In this document: piece by piece, positions 47,342 through 57,516 of the stretch | Layout: every line of letters begins with the position of its first letter | Position numbering within the stretch: position 1 is the stretch's first letter | Origin: a virus | IMG/VR virus record: IMGVR_UViG_3300024333_000007 | Span: 4,430 to 68,429 of that record | DNA length: 64,000 bases | Direction: 5' to 3' (one strand) | Translations under genes and position numbers: made by a program | Notes under the pieces: generated by a model | Database searches by the model: none | Told to the model about the DNA's origin: nothing | What the model saw: the letters and a program-made list of their open reading frames with translations, nothing else

Positions 47342-47683
47342 ATGAGACTACGTGACGTTGATATAACTGGATTTGAACGTAAAATTATTACTAATATCAA
47401 ATTAGTAAGTAGTATGGTAATAAATGATGATTTGGATTTATCTTTTAGTAATATAACTGAAGTCCCAGATAATATAACTATTAATGGTGATTTGAGTTTA
47501 TATAATAGTAAAATTAAGAAAATAGGTAAGAATTTAGTAGTAAAGGGTAATTGTCATTTATCTCATACACCAATAGAAGAACTACCAGATAATGTTAATA
47601 TTGGTAGTAGTTTAATCATTAGTAAAAACCAATACGAAACATTTAAAGAATACGAGAATAAGTATAAAATAGAGGTAAAATGA
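47342..47683 (+). CDS. Short LRR-like protein, paralogue of 4268-4936
   Basis: 66 aa identical to 4268-4936; TATAAATA about 6 nt upstream. Confidence 0.8.
   Translation: MRLRDVDITGFERKIITNIKLVSSMVINDDLDLSFSNITEVPDNITINGDLSLYNSKIKKIGKNLVVKGNCHLSHTPIEELPDNVNIGSSLIISKNQYETFKEYENKYKIEVK
47399..47597 (+). repeat. 199-bp perfect inverted repeat, copy 2
   Basis: Identical to the reverse complement of 4714-4912. Confidence 0.9.
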
Positions 47684-48480
47684 GACTATACGAGTTCTTA
47701 ACGAACCCCTGGCAATATTTTTATAAGAAAACCGGTATGCCATTCTACGATAACATGTTGGATAATCCAGAATATTACAAAAAAAATAAGAAAATGTATG
47801 GTTATATTGAAGAGTTAACACCTGAAGAGTATATGAAACGGTGCGCCGAATTACATAAAAGTTCTTATACACAACAAATGCAACATGTAGATAAAGAAGT
47901 AATATATAGGATTGTGAAAGATATAAAAGAAAACCATACCAAGATGTATTTACCTATGCTTGATTATAGAATAAATTCACAGGAAGGTAGACATCGGGCC
48001 ATGATAGCCAAAGAACTTGGGTTGTTTCACATACCAGTTCTTATTGTAAAAGAATATAAAGGTGTTTCGGAGGAATATGTTACACAAGCAAAATTACCAT
48101 TTATGAATGGTGATTTTCCCATATATGTTAATCCTACTATGAAAGAAATAAGAAGCATTATTAAAGACTATGATGTCAGATTTGTTATTGATACCAAAAA
48201 TAACAAACTTTATATTTGGAGTGAAATGGTATTACATAGTTATGTGGCAGATATTTTAGAACGTAAAAAACTTATACCACAAGATTCATATCCTTGGGGT
48301 AAATGTCTATTATGGGGGTTTGGTAGAGGTGGAGAAAATAAGATAGACTTTGTTGGTATAATGGGTGATATAGATAATAAATTTATTAAATATCATGGTA
48401 TAAATAAGGATGGGGGTTGGACAAAAAGATATTTTACTAGAAATGCATATGATGATATAAAAAAAGAAGTTTTAGAATAG
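47680..48480 (+). CDS. Putative internal head protein: ParB/Srx-like domain plus repeated EEYV domain
   Basis: Leader MRLYEFL; QEGRHRA...IPV; second domain IYVNPT.KE...VRF.ID...YIWS...H. Confidence 0.65.
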   Translation: MRLYEFLTNPWQYFYKKTGMPFYDNMLDNPEYYKKNKKMYGYIEELTPEEYMKRCAELHKSSYTQQMQHVDKEVIYRIVKDIKENHTKMYLPMLDYRINSQEGRHRAMIAKELGLFHIPVLIVKEYKGVSEEYVTQAKLPFMNGDFPIYVNPTMKEIRSIIKDYDVRFVIDTKNNKLYIWSEMVLHSYVADILERKKLIPQDSYPWGKCLLWGFGRGGENKIDFVGIMGDIDNKFIKYHGINKDGGWTKRYFTRNAYDDIKKEVLE

Positions 48481-48492
48481 AAAATAAAAAAA

Positions 48493-49353
48493 ATGAAATT
48501 ATTACAATATTTAAGTGAAGATTATGTCACACTGATAAAATCAGATACAAAATTAGATAATAGTGTATATCATATATATAAAAATCCAAATGCTAGTGAA
48601 TTTACTCAAATTATAAAAGATGGTAAAAGTAAAGATATAAGATTTATGGCCGATATTGTTAATGGTGATATTTATGTCTGGTCTGCTGTAGGTGTATTAC
48701 ATAACCGTGTTTTTGGAATAATTAAAACCAGGGCTGGATTAGTTAAAGATGATATAGTTATAGGGTTTGGTTCATATGATGGTGGTAAGATATCACCAGA
48801 ATATTTAACCAATTTGACTGGTGTTGCTAAAACATCTTGGTTAGATGCTGAATGGATCAATAGGTTTAATAAATATATTCATGATTTACCAGGATTTTTA
48901 AAAAAATATTATGACAATTCTAAATGGAAATTTATAAACGAGGATTATGTTTTTAGATCGGAAGATGTTGAGGTATTTAAATGTCCATCTTCAAAAGAAA
49001 TTAAAGAATGTGGTAATGATATAAGATTTCTCATTACTAGTCAAAATGATATTTACACTTGGAGTGCTTATGCGAATTTGACTCATTATGATGTATTAAT
49101 AGAACTTGGTCTTGATACGATAGATGATTATGTTATTGCTGGTAGAGGCAAATACTATTCTGGTAAAATAAAAGTTGATTATGATAATAATAGAGATTGT
49201 GAGATTTATCTTAATAGTAGTAAAAAAGACCAATGGCTTGAAGTATTAACAAAATTTAAAAGATATTTTAGTAATTATTCTAAGATATATCGGGATATGC
49301 AAATAGAAATTAATAATAGTTATATAAGAATAACAAAGTTGATTATATATTAG
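48493..49353 (+). CDS. Putative internal head protein with two copies of the EDYV domain
   Basis: MKLLQYLSEDYV...IYKNP...IRF...YVWS...H and INEDYV...VFKCP..KE...IRF...YTWS...H. Confidence 0.65.
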   Translation: MKLLQYLSEDYVTLIKSDTKLDNSVYHIYKNPNASEFTQIIKDGKSKDIRFMADIVNGDIYVWSAVGVLHNRVFGIIKTRAGLVKDDIVIGFGSYDGGKISPEYLTNLTGVAKTSWLDAEWINRFNKYIHDLPGFLKKYYDNSKWKFINEDYVFRSEDVEVFKCPSSKEIKECGNDIRFLITSQNDIYTWSAYANLTHYDVLIELGLDTIDDYVIAGRGKYYSGKIKVDYDNNRDCEIYLNSSKKDQWLEVLTKFKRYFSNYSKIYRDMQIEINNSYIRITKLIIY

Positions 49354-49362
49354 GAGATATAT

Positions 49363-49644
49363 ATGCGTTCACATGGCATCGAAATGGTTGGAAAGTTTAT
49401 TATGCACCCGGTACCAACATTACCCGCCTGGACAAGTAATGATGTTGCTAGACTTATATTTGTAGAAGATGAAAATATGCCTTATTATGGGGGTACTGTA
49501 GCATGGGGAGATTGGATTCCTATGGGTCAACATTTTATAGATTTGGGAACAGCAACAGATCCAGCAAATGGTTTGCCTTTTACTGGTAGGGAATATATAA
49601 TGGAAATAGTCAACGGCAACATAAATTTGGTTTATAATATATAA
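49363..49644 (+). CDS. Hypothetical, probably virion protein
   Basis: AGGAG RBS, 93 aa. Confidence 0.6.
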   Translation: MRSHGIEMVGKFIMHPVPTLPAWTSNDVARLIFVEDENMPYYGGTVAWGDWIPMGQHFIDLGTATDPANGLPFTGREYIMEIVNGNINLVYNI

Positions 49645-49680
49645 ATATTGTTGTCTTTTTTGGAGGATATGATATAATAT

Positions 49681-50325
49681 ATGAAACTGAGAGAATATTT
49701 AAGGGAGAATGTGATGTTCGTAAAAAATGTTGACTTGCCTGATTGGACAAAAAATATCCTTAAAGGGCATGGAATTCGTAAAGATATTTCTGTACAAGTT
49801 GGTGTCGATGTCAATATTGGCCCCAAGTGGCATGATGCTGATGTAGTGGATATTTATCTCTACAAAGACGGTAATATCAGCAGAATGTCTGGATGGGGAG
49901 AACCCAACCCATCAATTACACGAAACAAGGGCGAATATTTATCACATATGGGATTTAAAACCACATTAAGTCCTAATAATGGCATTTTAGTAGTACACAC
50001 TTATCCCAAATCGGCAATTTTATATGTTCATCCTGATAACATCGCAAAATTTATATCAGGATCATCGAATGATGATTTGACCAATGAAGAAAAATTTGTT
50101 ATTGAACTTATTGGTAGTTTGATTTCCTCTGCAAGACGCCCCGAGGCCAATAGGTATGGTATTAAAAATTATGATGAAATTGTAAATATCCTTATTGGTA
50201 AGGGCTACCTTAATAATAAGGGTGCCTTAACTACACAAGGAAAGAACTATCGAATTAACTCCCCGTTAAAACACAAATCTACTTGGGAGATGGCCAAAGA
50301 GTTTGGATTTAAGGGGTCTTTTTAA
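49681..50325 (+). CDS. Hypothetical, putative internal head protein with C-terminal winged helix
   Basis: Leader MKLREYLRE; LTNEEK...LIGKGYL...ALTTQG. Confidence 0.65.
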   Translation: MKLREYLRENVMFVKNVDLPDWTKNILKGHGIRKDISVQVGVDVNIGPKWHDADVVDIYLYKDGNISRMSGWGEPNPSITRNKGEYLSHMGFKTTLSPNNGILVVHTYPKSAILYVHPDNIAKFISGSSNDDLTNEEKFVIELIGSLISSARRPEANRYGIKNYDEIVNILIGKGYLNNKGALTTQGKNYRINSPLKHKSTWEMAKEFGFKGSF

Positions 50326-50438
50326 TGAAAACCAAACAATTTTTATCAGAATTTATTGATCTGAAAGATGTGTATTTCAAGTTGACAGGTATAAAAACCG
50401 AGAAAAAAGTCACATGGGATTTTTTGTCTCCATTTTAA
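50325..50438 (+). CDS. 37-aa peptide with capsid-targeting-like start
   Basis: Manual ORF MKTKQFLSEFIDLKDVYFKLTGIKTEKKVTWDFLSPF, TAATG-coupled. Confidence 0.5.
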   Translation: MKTKQFLSEFIDLKDVYFKLTGIKTEKKVTWDFLSPF

Positions 50439-50610
50439 GGGGGCAATATGTCTTGTCCGTTATGTAAGAAAAATCACAATGTTGATTCAGCTATTGATTG
50501 TTATGATAACATAAAATCAAAAATTTCTAAAGATGTTATGAAAGAAATGGATAAATATATAATTAAATTAACCAAAAAGAGAGAGAAACAAAGACAGAGA
50601 ACAGGTTAAT

Positions 50611-50907
50611 ATGCCATATCCACAACCAGATGAAGATAAAAATAGTTATATATCAAGATGTATATCAGAACTTATAACAAAAGAGGGTTATAAAAAAGAC
50701 CAGGCTACAGCCATTTGTTATAAGTATTGGGAAAAAAACGAGTCTATTAATAATATTATTAGTAGGCTTGATTCGTTTTTGGAGTCAACTGTAACTGCCG
50801 ATATAGATACAACACCATGTGATAAACTATGTGATAGAAACAAAAGGGGGGTGTGGAGAAGACGTGTTAAAAGAAAATCAAGTAAAATTGCTAACCCTGT
50901 TAGATAA
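50611..50907 (+). CDS. Hypothetical phage protein
   Basis: MPYP..DEDKNSYISRCI...DQATAICY..W. Confidence 0.65.
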   Translation: MPYPQPDEDKNSYISRCISELITKEGYKKDQATAICYKYWEKNESINNIISRLDSFLESTVTADIDTTPCDKLCDRNKRGVWRRRVKRKSSKIANPVR

Positions 50908-51475
50908 TTATGTATCTAATTGCCAGGAATGTAATTTATATAATGGTGGTAGATCAAAACCATATTGGACATTAAACAGCAAATATTGTGTGTTTGCTGA
51001 GGCCCCAGGTTTACAAGAAACAAAACAGAATACACCATTAGTAGGAACTGCTGGTAATAATTTCTGGAATATAATGAATGGGTTTGGTTATAATAAGGAA
51101 GATTTTCTTGTTATAAATTCAGTAAATTGTCGGCCAATTATAAATGGTAAAAATGGTAAACCATCACCAGAAGAAATGGCCAAATGTATTCAGTGGATAA
51201 GGAAATATTTAAAAATCATAATGCCGCGTGTGATCTTGTCTTTGGGTGGATATGCCATAAAGTCATTGGAAATGTTATCAAATACTAATATATTAGTAGA
51301 AAATTCTATTATAAAAACAAATAGTAGTATTTGTGATATAAATATTGGGTTTAATACTAAAGTTATATGTAGTGTACATCCAGCTTATGCCACTATATAT
51401 AATCCAGATGTGGGCATGGAAATGTTAAAAAAGGCAGTGGGGACATTTAATCTTGTGAGTCTAGGTATGAATTAA
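50819..51475 (+). CDS. Uracil-DNA glycosylase family 4 (Fe-S)
   Basis: CQECNL, AEAPG..E, P.VG.AG, N.VNCRP, LG..A, HPA. Confidence 0.9.
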   Translation: MINYVIETKGGCGEDVLKENQVKLLTLLDNYVSNCQECNLYNGGRSKPYWTLNSKYCVFAEAPGLQETKQNTPLVGTAGNNFWNIMNGFGYNKEDFLVINSVNCRPIINGKNGKPSPEEMAKCIQWIRKYLKIIMPRVILSLGGYAIKSLEMLSNTNILVENSIIKTNSSICDINIGFNTKVICSVHPAYATIYNPDVGMEMLKKAVGTFNLVSLGMN

Positions 51476-51839
51476 ATTTCGTTATTTTGTTGCAACTAAG
51501 AGCTATCCATAATATAGCCTTTGTTGCAAGTTGTTTGTGTTCTGTTAATTTTATAATATTATTAAACGCGGTTTTTAAATTTTCTTGTATATTAATTATA
51601 TGAGTATTTGGTACAGATCTGGATACATCTGCTATGGACATTCCAAAATTATCAAAAATTATCTGTTCTATTTCTAAATGCTTATCTTTACAAACATCTA
51701 AAAATATATCCCAGTTTTCTTTAAGTAAATTTCTGATTTTAAGTGAACTTAATCCCGATAGCTGTTTAATAGCTTTTTTGGATAAATATTCAAAATCATT
51801 ATCTAAGTGTTTTTTTAGTCTCATTGATTGACATTTCAA
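51447..51839 (-). CDS. Hypothetical late protein
   Basis: MRLKKHL leader; TATAAATA upstream on the minus strand. Confidence 0.55.
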   Translation of the reverse strand: MKCQSMRLKKHLDNDFEYLSKKAIKQLSGLSSLKIRNLLKENWDIFLDVCKDKHLEIEQIIFDNFGMSIADVSRSVPNTHIINIQENLKTAFNNIIKLTEHKQLATKAILWIALSCNKITKFNSYLDSQD

Positions 51840-52160
51840 AGGGTTTGTATATAATATTTATAAAAATATAGGATGATTATGGTGTTTGAATAAATCAATG
51901 AAAATTGGTATTTATCATAATTTATCAATATAAAGGAAAGTAATTATGAAAGATAAAGAGGCTTCTATTGTAAAAGATGTTTTGATATTTTTAAGAATCC
52001 TAAAAATAACGAACCATCTACATATTACCGCCCGGTTTCAATGTCCTGGAGAATTTTAAAAGTAGTATATTATAAGCATGATAAAAATCGTTATGTACGT
52101 TGTGAAACAGAAAAGTAAAAATAAACATAAGTCTTTGAAAAGATGGATATCTACAAATAA

Positions 52161-53150
52161 ATGATTTTATTGGCCGATTTGCATCTTGGTATTCGCCAGG
52201 ATAATCAATTATGGTTAGATGTATCTCTTAATTTAGCCAAAGAGATACGTGATTTTGCGGTAAAATATCACCACAATACTATAGCTATATTGGGTGATAT
52301 ATTCGAGAACACTAAGTCTCTTAATCAGAAAACACTTAATGTTGTTTGTGAAATAGTTGGCAACATATGGAGAGAATTTAAAGTAATATTGGTAAGAGGA
52401 AATCACGATACTTATTATAAAACACAATCACAACCTAATTGGTTGAATATATTTAAAGAATATTCTAATGTTATTAGAGTAGATGAAGAGCCATATTATG
52501 AAAATAATTTTTGTTTTGTGCCATGGGGATATGATATATCTGACATAACTTGTGATTATTTATTTGGACATTTTGAAGTAAACAAATTCAGAATGAACAA
52601 CAAGTTTGATTGTATTAATTCACAATATAATCTAAATGATTTCAAAGAATTCAAACATGTCTACTCTGGACATTTTCACTTTCCACAAACCATAGACAAT
52701 TTTACCTATCTTGGTTCTCCATTTCATAATAATTTTGGCGATGTAGGTAGTGAAAGGGGATATTATTCTTGGAAAAATGGGGATATCAAATTTGTTCGGT
52801 TTACAAGTGCTCCCCAATATGTTATAATAAGAACAGATGGTGAAATAAAAAATGTAACTGGTAATATAGTTAAGTTGGTATTTGATAAAGACTATGGTGT
52901 AAATAAAAATAATGATATTATAGAATCGGTGTCTATGTTGACACCAATAACTTTGTTTGTTGACACATCAAAGTTTAATATTGACGAAAATTTGACGAAT
53001 GTCGACGAACTACATCTTAGAACTAGTTATGATGTATTGCTTGATTATGTTGATAAAGCTAAGTTGCCAGAACATTTAAATAAGAAAACTTTATATAGAA
53101 TAATAGATGGTATAATGCGGGAAATTAGTGTCAAGAATATCCATAGATAG
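52161..53150 (+). CDS. Recombination endonuclease subunit (T4 gp47 / Mre11-SbcD)
   Basis: ADLHLG, LGDIF, GNHD, FGHFE, SGHFH, YLGSP. Confidence 0.93.
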   Translation: MILLADLHLGIRQDNQLWLDVSLNLAKEIRDFAVKYHHNTIAILGDIFENTKSLNQKTLNVVCEIVGNIWREFKVILVRGNHDTYYKTQSQPNWLNIFKEYSNVIRVDEEPYYENNFCFVPWGYDISDITCDYLFGHFEVNKFRMNNKFDCINSQYNLNDFKEFKHVYSGHFHFPQTIDNFTYLGSPFHNNFGDVGSERGYYSWKNGDIKFVRFTSAPQYVIIRTDGEIKNVTGNIVKLVFDKDYGVNKNNDIIESVSMLTPITLFVDTSKFNIDENLTNVDELHLRTSYDVLLDYVDKAKLPEHLNKKTLYRIIDGIMREISVKNIHR

Positions 53151-55137
53151 ATTAAAATTTTCTAATATATTGTCATTTGGTAATGTAACACAAGAAATAG
53201 AACTTAAACCCGGACTAAATGCTATTATAGGTAGATTTCCAGGAAAAGAAACTAGTAATCGGGCCGGTAAAACAGCTTTGGCTGAAGTTGTGTCCTTTCC
53301 GTTATATGGTAAGGTATTAAAAAGTCTTAAACAGGAACAAATTATAAACTGGCGTAATAGAAAAAACTGTTTAACTGAAATAGAATTTACCAAAGATGAT
53401 AATAATTATAGAATAGTTCGTGGTCTTAAACCAAATATATTGGAAATTTATCATAATAATAATCAGCTTCCTTTATCTAGTATAAGAGATGTGCAAAAAC
53501 AGATAGAGGATGAAATTATTGGCATAACCTATAATACCTTTGTAAATCTAGTATATACTAACTCCAATAGTAAAAATGAACCAATCCTCAGAATGAACAG
53601 ACAACAAAAAAGACAGTTTATTGAAAAATTATTTGATTTGGAAATGTTTACGGCTATAAACGGCGTATGTTTGGCCAAGCTTAGTTCAATAGACAACCAC
53701 ATGGTTAATTCAAAACATAGAATACAGTTAAACGAGACTTTGATTGGTGAATACAATAATCAAATAGATAATTTTAATAAGAATATACTATATGCCAAGC
53801 AACATAAAGATAGAATAATAGAAATAGATAATAAACTTAATGGTTATAATAAGAAAATTGGTATAGTTTACGGCCTGGTAGTAAACAAACTTGGTATATA
53901 CAGAGATAGAGAAAAAAATTTACTATCTCAAGCCGAAGCATATAAAAATATAATAAAAGAGTCAGGTGAAATTAAAGAAAAATTGGTTGAAATTAAAAAA
54001 GTTGTTGTTAGACCATTAGAAGATATAAAACGCGACTTGATTCATTATGGTGATGATACAAGTTTATATAGCACATCTCTTGCACATCATAAAGAATTAC
54101 TTTCTGGTATAGAATCGTTACTTAAATCCAAAGAAGAAGATTTAAAAAAATTAATAGATTATAAAACTTGTCCTACATGTTTAAGAGATATTGATGATGA
54201 AATGATTTATAATAGAATAGAAAATGAAATAATAAAACTTAAAAATGATAAGCAGAAAAACAAGGAATCTATTAAAAAACTTGAATATGATATTGAAAAG
54301 ATTAATAAAATATCAGAAGAACTTAGAAATACTGAAGAACATGAAAATCAAATTAATTTGTTATTCGAAAAACTTAAAGCTTATAAAACTATACAATACG
54401 ATAAGGATAGATTGACAAGATGTAAGAAAGTAATAGATAAGCTAAGTATATACTTGGCCAAACTTGAATATAATGAAGAAAAAGAAGAATTATTAAGCGA
54501 AAGAGACAAACTTGTTGCTCAAATAGAATACATTGAAAATAAAGGGGATATATTACAAATAGATAATCTTAATGAGAATATTGATAAACTTAGAATAGAA
54601 AGTGATTCATTAAATAAAGATTTAGTCAAATTTGGCAGCATATCAGATTATTTATCTTATCTTAAGGATTTATGTAAAGATGATAATGTTAAACAGTATG
54701 CCATATCCAGTATAATACCATATCTTAATTCTAGAACAAATGAATATCTTGCTACAGTAGGATATGATTTTTATGTTAAACTTGATAAGTGGATAGATTG
54801 TAGTATTCATGGGCCGGGAATTATAAATGGCACTTATGAAAATTTATCTGGTGGCGAAAGCCATGCACTAGATTTATCTTTAATGATGGCATTTCATGAT
54901 GTGGCCAGATTAAGTTCGCCAAATTTTTTTGATGTAATGATACTTGATGAGGTTTTGGACAGCAGTATGGATACTAATACAGTAACTAAACTTGTTGATA
55001 TAGTAAGAATGAAGCAAAAACAGGATAATCTTAAGGTGTTTATAATATCACATAGGATGGAAATAAGTGATATGGATTTTGATAATGTGTATTTAGTAGA
55101 AAATATAAATGGATTTAGTAAAGTAAAAATATTATGA
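53128..55137 (+). CDS. Recombination ATPase subunit (T4 gp46 / Rad50-SbcC)
   Basis: NILSFGN, N.AGKT, coiled coil with CPTC hook, LSGGE, LDEVLD, ISH. Confidence 0.93.
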   Translation: MSRISIDRLKFSNILSFGNVTQEIELKPGLNAIIGRFPGKETSNRAGKTALAEVVSFPLYGKVLKSLKQEQIINWRNRKNCLTEIEFTKDDNNYRIVRGLKPNILEIYHNNNQLPLSSIRDVQKQIEDEIIGITYNTFVNLVYTNSNSKNEPILRMNRQQKRQFIEKLFDLEMFTAINGVCLAKLSSIDNHMVNSKHRIQLNETLIGEYNNQIDNFNKNILYAKQHKDRIIEIDNKLNGYNKKIGIVYGLVVNKLGIYRDREKNLLSQAEAYKNIIKESGEIKEKLVEIKKVVVRPLEDIKRDLIHYGDDTSLYSTSLAHHKELLSGIESLLKSKEEDLKKLIDYKTCPTCLRDIDDEMIYNRIENEIIKLKNDKQKNKESIKKLEYDIEKINKISEELRNTEEHENQINLLFEKLKAYKTIQYDKDRLTRCKKVIDKLSIYLAKLEYNEEKEELLSERDKLVAQIEYIENKGDILQIDNLNENIDKLRIESDSLNKDLVKFGSISDYLSYLKDLCKDDNVKQYAISSIIPYLNSRTNEYLATVGYDFYVKLDKWIDCSIHGPGIINGTYENLSGGESHALDLSLMMAFHDVARLSSPNFFDVMILDEVLDSSMDTNTVTKLVDIVRMKQKQDNLKVFIISHRMEISDMDFDNVYLVENINGFSKVKIL

Positions 55138-55270
55138 TAATTTATTATAAAAAAATATGTCAGGAACCCGCCTCGTTATTTATGTCTTATGATGTTGATA
55201 AAATAGAAATAATCAGAAGGTTTGCCTCAAAATCTTTGTACACCTAAGAGAGAAGGAATCGGTAAGTATT

Positions 55271-56341
55271 ATGATATTGCAATATCCTAATAAGAAAACT
55301 TATCAAGAAATTATTAGTATTGAACCTGCTATCTTGACTCATGATAGTGGTAAAGGAAATAATAAGTTAATAATGGGCGATAATTTGTCTGTTATGAAAA
55401 CCCTTCTTAATGATGGTGTAAAGGTTGATTTGGTATATATAGATCCACCATTTGCTACAGGTAGAAATTTTAGATACAACAAGGAAAAAAGCAACAGTGT
55501 TAGTATTTGTAAAGATGATGTTGTTGCTTATAATGATAATATAACTGGTAGTAAGTTTATAGAATTTATTAGAGAAAGGCTAATTTTTATTCGTGAACTA
55601 ATGTCTGATCATGCTTCAATCTATGTGCACATAGATTATAAAATTGGACATTATGTTAAAGTTATAATGGATGAGATTTTTGGTATTAGTAATTATCGTA
55701 ATGGTATATCAAGAATAAAATGTGTGCCCAAGAATTTTGCACGTAGGGGTTATGGTAATATTAAAGATATGGTTCTTTTCTATACTAAAACCAATGATTT
55801 TGTTTGGAATGATATATTTTTGCCCATAAGAGATGATGATGTTAAAAAATATTTTCCTAAAGTAGATGTTTTTGGTCGTCGATATAATGTGGTTAATTTA
55901 TTTGCGCCTGGCGAAGTTTTAGATGGTGAGACTTGTAAAGAATGGAGGGGCATCAAACCATCAAAAGGAAGACATTGGGCATATAAACATGATACGTTAG
56001 ATAAGTTAGATTTCATGGGTAGAATATATTGGTCATCAGGGGGAAGGCCGGGAAAAATTATTTATGCCAATGAATCTAAAGGACAGAAAATGCAAGATGT
56101 TTGGGATTTTAAAGACTCTTTACAATCATGTTATCCAACCGAAAAGAATCTTAAAATGATAGAAACTATTATTAAAACATCTTCTATTGAAGGCGATTTA
56201 GTCTTTGATTGTTTTTTGGGTTCTGGAACAACTGCTGTGGTTTCTCAAAAATTAAATAGGAGATGGATTGGTATAGACAACTCACCCATAGCTATTAAAA
56301 CAGCTATGGAACGCCTAAATGTTTTTTCATACTACAAATGA
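55271..56341 (+). CDS. Orphan N6-adenine DNA methyltransferase (beta class, Mod-like)
   Basis: GDNL, YIDPPF, YPTEK, DCFLGSGTT. Confidence 0.92.
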   Translation: MILQYPNKKTYQEIISIEPAILTHDSGKGNNKLIMGDNLSVMKTLLNDGVKVDLVYIDPPFATGRNFRYNKEKSNSVSICKDDVVAYNDNITGSKFIEFIRERLIFIRELMSDHASIYVHIDYKIGHYVKVIMDEIFGISNYRNGISRIKCVPKNFARRGYGNIKDMVLFYTKTNDFVWNDIFLPIRDDDVKKYFPKVDVFGRRYNVVNLFAPGEVLDGETCKEWRGIKPSKGRHWAYKHDTLDKLDFMGRIYWSSGGRPGKIIYANESKGQKMQDVWDFKDSLQSCYPTEKNLKMIETIIKTSSIEGDLVFDCFLGSGTTAVVSQKLNRRWIGIDNSPIAIKTAMERLNVFSYYK

Positions 56342-57504
56342 TACTAGAAATATTCAACAAACCATTTCTTTATGGTAAAAATAAAATAGATTTTATTTGT
56401 GGTGATGTTATAGATGCTCTCAGAACATTACCAGATGGTTCTATTCATTGTTGTGTAACTTCACCACCTTATTATGGACTTAGGGATTATGGTATTGATG
56501 GTCAAATAGGACTAGAAGAAACACCAGAAGATTTTATAGAAAAACTTGTATTGGTATTTAGAGAAGTTAAAAGAGTTCTTAGATTAGACGGAACTTGTTG
56601 GATTAATATTGGTGATAGTTATTCACAATCTGGTGGGTCTGGTTCTGGCGAATACCAGAAAAGACATAAACAATTTGGTAAAACAATAAATTCTGGTACA
56701 GCACAAAAACCAAGACGTGCACCATCTGGATTTAAACCAAAAGATTTAATTGGTATCCCCTGGATGTTGGCGTTTGCTCTTAGAAATGATGGCTGGTATT
56801 TGCGTTCTGATATTATTTGGAGTAAGCCAAATTGTATGCCGAATTCTGTTAATGACAGGCCGACAACGTCACATGAACACATATTTTTATTAAGTAAAAA
56901 TGTCAAATATTTTTATGACATAGATGCAATAAGACGTTCTATAAAAGAGGTTTCTGGCAAAACTTTTGCATATAGGGGCGACTGTGATACAGAACATACA
57001 GAAATTATTGGTGGTAATGAACGCACTGTGTGGGAGATCAATACCAAACCTTTAAAAGATGCTCATTTTGCCCCATTTCCTATTGAATTACCAGCAAGAT
57101 GTATAAAAGCTGGAACATCAGAGTATGGTTGTTGTTCAAATTGCAGAACACCATATAGAAGAAATCTGAAATTTGGCATCTCTGATATTAACAGGAAAGT
57201 CAATGAAGATAGACCAAGAAATATTGGCAGATTAAATGCATCTAACAATATTTTTAGAAAGCGTTATATGTCTGGGTGGATATCTGATTGTAACTGTAAT
57301 GGTAATATAATACCATGTACGGTTTTAGACCCATTTGGTGGTGCATGTACTACTGGATTAGCTGCTGCTCAATTGTCAAGAAATGCTATCATGGTTGACA
57401 TAAATGAAAAATATCTCAAAATTGGTAGAGATAGAATTATAAAAGATGGGTATAAAAAACTGGTAAACGAGATTTACATTTTAGAAAAATGTGATATACT
57501 ATAA
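56338..57504 (+). CDS. Orphan DNA methyltransferase (N4-C likely, beta class)
   Basis: VTSPPYYGLRDY, IWSKPN.MP, HFAPFP, LDPFGG. Confidence 0.92.
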   Translation: MILEIFNKPFLYGKNKIDFICGDVIDALRTLPDGSIHCCVTSPPYYGLRDYGIDGQIGLEETPEDFIEKLVLVFREVKRVLRLDGTCWINIGDSYSQSGGSGSGEYQKRHKQFGKTINSGTAQKPRRAPSGFKPKDLIGIPWMLAFALRNDGWYLRSDIIWSKPNCMPNSVNDRPTTSHEHIFLLSKNVKYFYDIDAIRRSIKEVSGKTFAYRGDCDTEHTEIIGGNERTVWEINTKPLKDAHFAPFPIELPARCIKAGTSEYGCCSNCRTPYRRNLKFGISDINRKVNEDRPRNIGRLNASNNIFRKRYMSGWISDCNCNGNIIPCTVLDPFGGACTTGLAAAQLSRNAIMVDINEKYLKIGRDRIIKDGYKKLVNEIYILEKCDIL

Positions 57505-57516
57505 TGAGGATAAAGA

